The position numbers and the translations under genes were made by a program. The notes below the pieces were generated by a model. It saw nothing but the letters and a program-made list of their open reading frames with translations. It made no database searches and was not told the DNA's origin. From Candidatus Latescibacterota bacterium (GTDB lineage: Bacteria; Latescibacterota; UBA2968; GCA-2709665), in assembly GCA_965208835.1 (NCBI GenBank), contig OZ242358.1:896001-960000 (forward strand): a stretch of DNA of 64,000 bases, given 5' to 3'. Positions 57,037 to 64,000 of the stretch are shown here, one piece after another. The first letter of the stretch is position 1. The number at the start of each line of letters is the position of its first letter.

Positions 57037-60000
57037 TCAGAAGTTCCGGAACAGCGTGAGCCCGACGCGATAGTCGGGAGTACCGACACCAGCCCGGGAA
57101 GCTGTACTGCCGAAATTATGTCCGGGCGGGCGAAATTCACCGAGCAACTCCAACTGCAGGTCCCTGGTCAGAGCACCGGCAGACCCGTTGGAAGCGCCTG
57201 GGACGTTGACGCGCAGACCGCCTCCGAAGCGGTGTAATCCCAGGTCTTCCACGTCCAGTTCGACAAAGGGCTCCAGCCGCCCGCGGCCTCCCCATGGATC
57301 CAGTCCGTAGCCCAGGGTTGCGCGGGTCCGTTTGGGACGCCAGTCCAAACCCTCCTGTCCGTTGCTTTCGTTGCGGTATGCCATCATCCTCTCGCCATTC
57401 CACAGCGACTCGACGCCTCTGGCAGCATTCTCTCCCCACGCCGGCGTCAGTGCCAAATTCAATCCCTTCCTGTCAGCGCCCGGGTCCAGTCGCAGCGCCA
57501 GGCTGAGTCCGCCTTCTCTGAAGTCCCGGTCCCGGTGCGCGGCCAGCCAGTGTGAGCGTACCTCCACGTCGAGGCCGATGCGTCGATTTGAAAGCGAGAG
57601 CGCCCCGGACAGTTCGGCGCCAAGGCCCGCTTCGACGTCGCCGCCGTCCACGCGGGCGCCCAGCGCCAGGCTCAAATCCATCCGCGAGTCCGGCGTAACG
57701 AGCCAACCCGTGCTCCCGTTGACCATCATGCGAACGCGCCGGGCGTCGCCGGTGGTAGCCCGCAATCCCGCCACGGCCTCGGATACGGTAGTCACGGCGA
57801 AGGCGTCCGCCGTCAACGCCAGGTCGACGTTACCCACCCGCGTCAGGTCCATTCGCCCGCCGAGCGCCGCGGACCGGCTGCTGATGTCCGTCTCGACCGT
57901 ACTGCTGCCCGTCCCTACCAGTGGGCCGCCGTAGCCGCTGTTCAGTTCTGCGTCGCCCCTGCCGAAGCCCAGCATCCCCCACAGGCCCAGCTTCCCGGTT
58001 GGGGACCAGTGCAGGTAGGGACGCAGGCTGGCCAGTCGCGTTTGCCATTTGCCCGTACTCTCGCCGGCGTTGTCGAAGTCCTGCAGGCCGTCGCTGTACG
58101 AGGCGGCCACACCCAAGGTGAGTTTCGAACTCCAGTGGTAGTCCGCCCCGACGTACGCCGCCGTGACCCTGCCATCCATGCGATTGTCCGATTGGGCGTC
58201 GCCTGCATACCTGCTGCCGGCGCCCCGGCCCCAGAGCGTCCATCCGTTTTCAGCGGAACCGGTCCGGTCCATCGCCATACGGAATGAGCTTCGGGTCAGT
58301 ATGCTCCGCCCGGAGGGTGCCTTCAACGTGGGTCGGGCGGCGTCCGGATCCGACGTCACCCCAGGCAGACCGGCCGGCGCCGCCGTTGCGATAGCGGACC
58401 TGGAAGCGTGTGCATCCAGCGGGATGCCGAACAGACGAGCGGCAACGTGTACCCATTCCATGGCATTGAACGCCTGTCCGAGGACGAGCCTGCCGCCATC
58501 CAGCGTGGCTCGAAGGGCCCGGGACGTGGATTCGAAGCGCCCGGCGATCGCATCCACGGCCTGGCTCACCACCGTCCGGCCGAGGGCCGCCAGGGACAGC
58601 TCGAGTGTGCGGGCGCGGTTGGTCTGGGCGTTCTCCACCGCGACGGCGAAGGACAGTTTTGCGCTCAGGCCATAGGGGTCGCGAGCTGTCACCGTAACGC
58701 GTGCAGTCGACACGGCCACGGGCGTGAGGGTGATCACTCCGTCCACGAGGCTGAGCTTGATGATGCCGTTATCCGACGACGCTTCGTAGGCAAGCGGATC
58801 CCCGTCCGGGTCTGTGAACAGACCCGTCAGGTCGACCCTTCCGTTCGCGCCCATCGTCAGCACCTGGTCCGGGATGGTTCCCGTCACCGAGGGCCCGAGG
58901 TTCACGCCAGTTATCAGAATGGTCACCGTGGCCTCATCGCTGCCGGCGCCCCTGCTGTCCATCACGCGATAGGTGAAGCGGTCTTCGGCGGCCCTGCTGC
59001 CGTCGTGCGTATAGACGAAGGTCCCGTTCTCATACAGCTTCAGTGTACCGTGTAGGGGCGCCTCGACGAGAATTGCCGTGAGCAGACTCCAGTCGTCTTC
59101 GGCGTCCACGTCGTTGGCGAGTACACTGATGTGCCCGTCATCGGTTTCGGTTGCCGAACTGCTGTTCGCCAGCGGCGCAATCTTCGCGCCCGCCTCCGGT
59201 TCCGGTATGTCGAAATCTTCGGGTGGCGTCGCAGACGGATTTCGCGTAACATCACGGGTGTCGCCGGTCGATAAGGACGTTGCCCTGCGTCCCCGGAAAA
59301 CCGTTACGACGTCGTCCACCGCCACCGGCGCGGTGTTGACCCGGGTTCGACCGCTGCCAGGCTCCGACCAGGCGCCCGCGCCCTCCGCGTTCTTTGCCCT
59401 GACTTGCACCTCGTAATTCGCGCCGGGTTCCAGTCCCTGGATCTCCGACGTGTTCTTCGTGCCCGTGAACGCGTGGTACGTCCAGTTTGCAGCATCCTGC
59501 TTTCGGTACTGTACGTCATAGTCGCTCACCGCCGGACCCGTGTTCTCGGGAGCCCGCCAGTGTACCTGAACGCTCGACAGGGAGGCGCCGGTGACTCTCG
59601 GCGCCCCGGGCGCGGCAGGGGGCTCGGCCACGTCGGTGATGCTGATGGCGACCTCGATGATGTCATTGCCGTCTCTTCCGTCATTGACCGTCACCGTAAC
59701 CGCGTAGGAGAGGGGGCCCGCCTCGTAGTCTAGCGAGGCCCCTTCAGAAACCGTTATCTGTCCGGTTTCCGTATCGATGGCGAAGGCATCCGACCCCGAC
59801 AGGGTATAGCTCAGTGTATCACCGTTCGCGTCCGTTGCCGAGACCGGTTCGCCGACCGGGCCGCCGGCGGGGGTATTCTCGGCTACTGCGCGCGTGGTCG
59901 CGTGGCCGGCGTCGTCGAAGTCCGGCGATTCGTTCCGGCCGTCGTCGTCGATGATCGTGCCGGTTACGGGCTTGCCTGCCGTCACCCCGGACGGCGCGTC

Positions 60001-63000
60001 GGACACCTGCAGACTGACGGTGAAGGTCTCGTTTTCTTCAACGGCGTCGTCCTCCGTCGTCGCCACGGTGAACGTGTGCGCTTCCCCCGCCACGCCGGTG
60101 AAGGTGAGCGGCGCCGTATCGGCCGTGTAGTCGATTCCCGACGTCGCGGTCCCGTCGCTGAAAACAGGAGTCAGCGTCAGACCACCCTGCACCGCCCGGT
60201 TCAGCGTCACCCTGAAGGTCATCCCGTCGCCTTCAGGTGCGTTCGCGTCTTTGCTCGCCACCGTGGGGTTGCCTCCGACGGTCCCGCCGTCGTCGTCTAT
60301 AATCGTGCCGGTTACGGGATTGCCCACCGTCACCCCGGACGGCGCATCGGACACCCGCAGACTGACGGTGAAGGTCTCGTTTTCTTCAACGGCCTCGTCC
60401 TCCTTCGTCGCCACGGTGAACGTGTGCGCTTCCCTCGCCGTGCCGGCAAAGGTGAGCGGCGCCGTGTTGGCCGTATAGTCGATACCCGCTGTCGCGGTCC
60501 CGTCCTTGAATACAGGCGTGACAGTCAAGCCGCCTTGAACCGCCTGGTTCAGCGTTACCCTGAAGGTCAGCCCATCGCCTTCAGACGCTTTCCTGCTCCC
60601 GGTTGATACGGTCCCAGTGTCGTCGTCTGTAATCGTGCCGGTCGCAGCGCCCGCTGTCAATCCGGACGCCGAGGTGCCGGAGATGTCCAGGCGTACCGTG
60701 AACTTCTCGTTGTACTCGACAATCTCATCCTGGATCGTCGTCACATCAAACGTGTGTCTCTCGCCCTTCGTCCCTTCGAAACGCATGCCCGTTGCGTTCG
60801 CGGTGTAGTCCGTTCCCCGAGTGGCCGTACGGTCGTTGAATCGGGGCGAGACCTTCGCAGTGTAGCCCGTTCCCCGTGTTGCCGTCCCGTCGCTGAAGCG
60901 GGGTGTAACCGTCAGCCCGCCCTGTACCGCCCGGTTCAGGGTCACCGCAAAGGTCAATGCCGCGCCCTCCGTAGCGCCTGCGCTTAAAGTCGTCACCGTC
61001 TCCCTTGGTACGGAAGGGTCGAGGGTCGAGCCGCGACCGCTGTCCGACCACTCGCCGGCGCCTTCGGCGTTTTTCGCCCGCACCTGAACTTCGAAGGTGG
61101 AGGCCCACTTCAGGGTGGTGAGGGTGGCGCCAACGCCCGCGCCCTCAAACGCATGTTCTCTCCATGCCGTTGTGCCCGCTTCTCTGTACCGCACGTCGTA
61201 ATCGGTGACCGGCGCGCCGTTATCGGCAGGCGGATTCCAAATGACGTCCAGCGAACTCTCGGGATCGGTCGATGAACGGACCACGGTCGGCGCGCGGGGC
61301 GCGTCCGGCGGCGAAGTGTCGGTCACGTGGACGGTGAGGGACAAGACGTCCGTATGACTGTGCCCGTCGTCCACGGTTACCGTCAGCCCGTCGTACGAGT
61401 TTCTTGTCTCGAAGTCCAGTGGTTCCCTTGTCCTCAGCTGGCCGGTGGCCGGATCCAGCGTGAAAACAGGTGCGTCCGCCCCGGCAAGTGTATATGAAAG
61501 CGGGTCGTCTTCAGCGTCCGTCGCCAGGAAGGGCCCGCCGATGGCCGTACCCGGCGGCGTGTTCTCGACGACGGAGCGGGTGGCCGTATCGCCCTCGTCG
61601 AAAACCGGCGGCGCGTCGTTGTCCAATATGGTCACCGTGGCGGTCCTTTGGCTCACTGACACCTTGCGGGTCACTTCGCTGGCTACCGTGGGCTTGCCAA
61701 GCGCAATCTGGAATCTCTCCAGGTCCTCGTGTTCTTCGTCGTCAAGGATGATGATCTCGATGGTTGTCTCCGTCTGTCCGGCCGCAAGAGTGGCGGTGCC
61801 TGAGCTGGGCTCATGCTCGTGTTTAGACTCGCTTTCCGCGACGGATAGCTTTGACCCGAGCGCCGCACCCAAGGTGTACCAAGGCACCCGGACCGTGCCC
61901 TCGACGGACTCGGTAATCCTGACAGGGAGTTCCACGATCAGACCCTCTTCCACCGGGTCTTCAGGTTCATGCACGGAGACGTAGACGGTACCGCCGTCGT
62001 AATTCCCGGGGGCGATCCGTGAGCCGTCGTCGTCGGTGATGGTGCCGGTGGCGTTGCCGGCGCTCACCCCGGATGGAGCATCGGACACCGCCAGACTCAA
62101 TGTGAACGTCTCGTCCTCCTCCTCCGCCTCATCCTCGATGGTCGACACCGTGAAAGTACGCGCCTCGTCCGCGGCGCCGATGAAACTGAGCGACGACGTA
62201 TTCTCCGTGTAGTCGACGCCTGCCGTCGCGGTCACGTCGCCGAAGAGCGGCGTCACCGTGAGGCCCCCCTGAACCGCTCTTGCCAGCCTCACCGTGAACG
62301 AAAGCGCCTCGCCCTCGATGGCTGTCGCGTCCGACAAGGTCAGGGTCGGTGCGGAAACGCCGCCGGCATCGTCGTCCGTGATCGTCCCCGTCGCCGTGCC
62401 GGTGCCCGTTACCTTCGCCGTCGTGCCCGAGACTGCCAGGCTTACTGCAAATGTCTCTGCCGCTTCCACAACCTCGTCCTCGATCGTCTGTACCGTGAAC
62501 GTCTGTTCTTCGCCCGCTTTGCCAGTGAAACTGAGCGGGGTCGTGTCCGGCGTATAGTCTTCGTCCACACTGGCCGTGCCGGCTGCGAAGACCGGCGTTA
62601 CCGTCAACCCGCCGGGCACCGCATTGCCCAGCTTCACCATGAACGAAAGCGCCTCGCCCTCGGCGGCCGTTGCGTCGGACACGGTCACTTCGCTCGACGC
62701 GGTCACCGTGATTCTGAACGTCGTGTCGTCAAGCTGTCCGTTGACATTGGCCGCTTTGATATCCACGGTGTAGGTCTGCACTGTGGCGTCCGCCGACACG
62801 GTGCCCCCAACTTTCCTCGACGTATACGACAACCCTGAAGGCAGACCCCCTACTGTCACCGTCGGCAGGTTGTCTTCGAATGGCGTCACGGGATCGGCAT
62901 TGCCAAAAGCCCTTTTAGCGCCTCCCGGCGACTCGCCGACGCCGGTGTTTATCACCGGGATCCCGAAAGAGGTGATCGTCTCACCCTGAGCATACGTCTT

Positions 63001-64000
63001 GTCTCCGGGCTTTATGATTTGCAGCACCGGTTTCGAAGCGTCCAGACTCACAGTCACAGTAAACTGGTCCGCCGCGGTATTGCCGCTGCCCACGGCATCT
63101 CTGGCAGCGTTCGCGGCCACGTCCACCGTCACCAATCCGGTTGCAGCGGGCGTGATTGTGGCGCCGTAGCTGTCTCCTGAACCGGAAAAAGCCGACACGG
63201 TCCCTTTGCCCACTTTCACGTCCCCCTGCCCAAACTGGACCACAGACTCCGAGAATGTGATGCTCACGTTAAATGCGCCGGTCTGCGTCGCAGCAGGGCC
63301 CGTGATGCTGACGGACGGACGATCCACGTCCACCTGAACGGAGAATCGGGTTGCTGCCGTGTTGCCGTTTCCCGCCGCATCCCTGGCCACTCGCGCCGCG
63401 ACGTCCGCCGTTACCGCTCCGGTGGCGGCCGGCGTGATGGTGGCGGTGTATCTGTTGCCCGAACCGGAGAAAGCCGTCACGGACCCGTTGCCGACTGTAA
63501 CATCCCCTTGTTCGAATCCGGTGATGTCCTCCGAGAAGCTGATCGTTGCGTCGAACGGACCGTTCTGAGCATCACTCGGCCCCGCGATGCCGACCGATGG
63601 CGCTTCCAGGTCAGCCCGCACCGAAAATTGGACCGCCGCCTCGTTGCCGTTGCCCGCGGCGCCAGCGGCAACGTCTGCCGGCACATCCACAGTCACCGTG
63701 CCGGTGGCTGCCGGCGTGATGGTTGCGGTATAGCTGCCTCCCGAACCGGTGAGAGCCGTCACGGACCCGTTGCCGACTGTCACATCGCCCTGCAAGAACC
63801 CGTTGACGGATTCCGAGAAGGTGATCCTCACGTCAAATGCACCGTTCTGAGCATCCGCCGGGCCTGCAATGGTGACAGCCACTGCCTCTGTCACCGTGAT
63901 CGTAAAGGTCCCCGTCACGGCTGCGTTAACGCCGTCGCTGGCCGAAACCGTGACGGTGTAGTCCTGCGCGGTTGCGTCGGCGGAGATCGTGCCCTGCAAC
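57037..64000 (-). CDS. Second giant autotransporter-like adhesin, 5' end outside window
   Basis: Open to window edge; Ig-like, Calx-beta, cadherin, FN3 and barrel (TLFRNF) collinear with 44758-56118. Confidence 0.92.
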   Translation of the reverse strand, partial: LQGTISADATAQDYTVTVSASDGVNAAVTGTFTITVTEAVAVTIAGPADAQNGAFDVRITFSESVNGFLQGDVTVGNGSVTALTGSGGSYTATITPAATGTVTVDVPADVAAGAAGNGNEAAVQFSVRADLEAPSVGIAGPSDAQNGPFDATISFSEDITGFEQGDVTVGNGSVTAFSGSGNRYTATITPAATGAVTADVAARVARDAAGNGNTAATRFSVQVDVDRPSVSITGPAATQTGAFNVSITFSESVVQFGQGDVKVGKGTVSAFSGSGDSYGATITPAATGLVTVDVAANAARDAVGSGNTAADQFTVTVSLDASKPVLQIIKPGDKTYAQGETITSFGIPVINTGVGESPGGAKRAFGNADPVTPFEDNLPTVTVGGLPSGLSYTSRKVGGTVSADATVQTYTVDIKAANVNGQLDDTTFRITVTASSEVTVSDATAAEGEALSFMVKLGNAVPGGLTVTPVFAAGTASVDEDYTPDTTPLSFTGKAGEEQTFTVQTIEDEVVEAAETFAVSLAVSGTTAKVTGTGTATGTITDDDAGGVSAPTLTLSDATAIEGEALSFTVRLARAVQGGLTVTPLFGDVTATAGVDYTENTSSLSFIGAADEARTFTVSTIEDEAEEEDETFTLSLAVSDAPSGVSAGNATGTITDDDGSRIAPGNYDGGTVYVSVHEPEDPVEEGLIVELPVRITESVEGTVRVPWYTLGAALGSKLSVAESESKHEHEPSSGTATLAAGQTETTIEIIILDDEEHEDLERFQIALGKPTVASEVTRKVSVSQRTATVTILDNDAPPVFDEGDTATRSVVENTPPGTAIGGPFLATDAEDDPLSYTLAGADAPVFTLDPATGQLRTREPLDFETRNSYDGLTVTVDDGHSHTDVLSLTVHVTDTSPPDAPRAPTVVRSSTDPESSLDVIWNPPADNGAPVTDYDVRYREAGTTAWREHAFEGAGVGATLTTLKWASTFEVQVRAKNAEGAGEWSDSGRGSTLDPSVPRETVTTLSAGATEGAALTFAVTLNRAVQGGLTVTPRFSDGTATRGTGYTAKVSPRFNDRTATRGTDYTANATGMRFEGTKGERHTFDVTTIQDEIVEYNEKFTVRLDISGTSASGLTAGAATGTITDDDTGTVSTGSRKASEGDGLTFRVTLNQAVQGGLTVTPVFKDGTATAGIDYTANTAPLTFAGTAREAHTFTVATKEDEAVEENETFTVSLRVSDAPSGVTVGNPVTGTIIDDDGGTVGGNPTVASKDANAPEGDGMTFRVTLNRAVQGGLTLTPVFSDGTATSGIDYTADTAPLTFTGVAGEAHTFTVATTEDDAVEENETFTVSLQVSDAPSGVTAGKPVTGTIIDDDGRNESPDFDDAGHATTRAVAENTPAGGPVGEPVSATDANGDTLSYTLSGSDAFAIDTETGQITVSEGASLDYEAGPLSYAVTVTVNDGRDGNDIIEVAISITDVAEPPAAPGAPRVTGASLSSVQVHWRAPENTGPAVSDYDVQYRKQDAANWTYHAFTGTKNTSEIQGLEPGANYEVQVRAKNAEGAGAWSEPGSGRTRVNTAPVAVDDVVTVFRGRRATSLSTGDTRDVTRNPSATPPEDFDIPEPEAGAKIAPLANSSSATETDDGHISVLANDVDAEDDWSLLTAILVEAPLHGTLKLYENGTFVYTHDGSRAAEDRFTYRVMDSRGAGSDEATVTILITGVNLGPSVTGTIPDQVLTMGANGRVDLTGLFTDPDGDPLAYEASSDNGIIKLSLVDGVITLTPVAVSTARVTVTARDPYGLSAKLSFAVAVENAQTNRARTLELSLAALGRTVVSQAVDAIAGRFESTSRALRATLDGGRLVLGQAFNAMEWVHVAARLFGIPLDAHASRSAIATAAPAGLPGVTSDPDAARPTLKAPSGRSILTRSSFRMAMDRTGSAENGWTLWGRGAGSRYAGDAQSDNRMDGRVTAAYVGADYHWSSKLTLGVAASYSDGLQDFDNAGESTGKWQTRLASLRPYLHWSPTGKLGLWGMLGFGRGDAELNSGYGGPLVGTGSSTVETDISSRSAALGGRMDLTRVGNVDLALTADAFAVTTVSEAVAGLRATTGDARRVRMMVNGSTGWLVTPDSRMDLSLALGARVDGGDVEAGLGAELSGALSLSNRRIGLDVEVRSHWLAAHRDRDFREGGLSLALRLDPGADRKGLNLALTPAWGENAARGVESLWNGERMMAYRNESNGQEGLDWRPKRTRATLGYGLDPWGGRGRLEPFVELDVEDLGLHRFGGGLRVNVPGASNGSAGALTRDLQLELLGEFRPPGHNFGSTASRAGVGTPDYRVGLTLFRNF

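Overview
GC-rich bacterial window in three parts. (1) About 1-18 kb: a nearly all plus-strand string of small-molecule-modifying genes (SAM methyltransferases, RidA, AAC(3)-family acetyltransferase, adenosine-deaminase-like protein, S8 protease-HEAT, dcd, three NUDIX, racemase, two APH-like kinases, HAD, two GNAT, SDR, nitrilase, a DUF4258 toxin-antitoxin pair). Gene stubs lie between them, and a ~138-nt structured RNA candidate is at 6517-6654. (2) About 18-25 kb: a sigma54 enhancer-binding response regulator, a REC-PAS-PAS histidine kinase and an internalin-like LRR lipoprotein. (3) About 26-64 kb: three tandem ~1500-aa secreted proteins (dockerin-like EF-hand, plant-type LRR blocks, HExxH metalloprotease), another dockerin-like protein, a one-polypeptide kinase-response regulator, and two giant Calx-beta/Ig/cadherin/FN3 autotransporter-like adhesins. 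A 15-bp palindrome and two sigma54 promoters with matching spacing link the regulator to the adhesin. The gene content resembles host-associated Latescibacterota/Gemmatimonadota-type genomes; this is an inference only. No rRNA, tRNA, CRISPR array, integrase or transposase was recognised. All family assignments are by eye from motifs, not from database searches.
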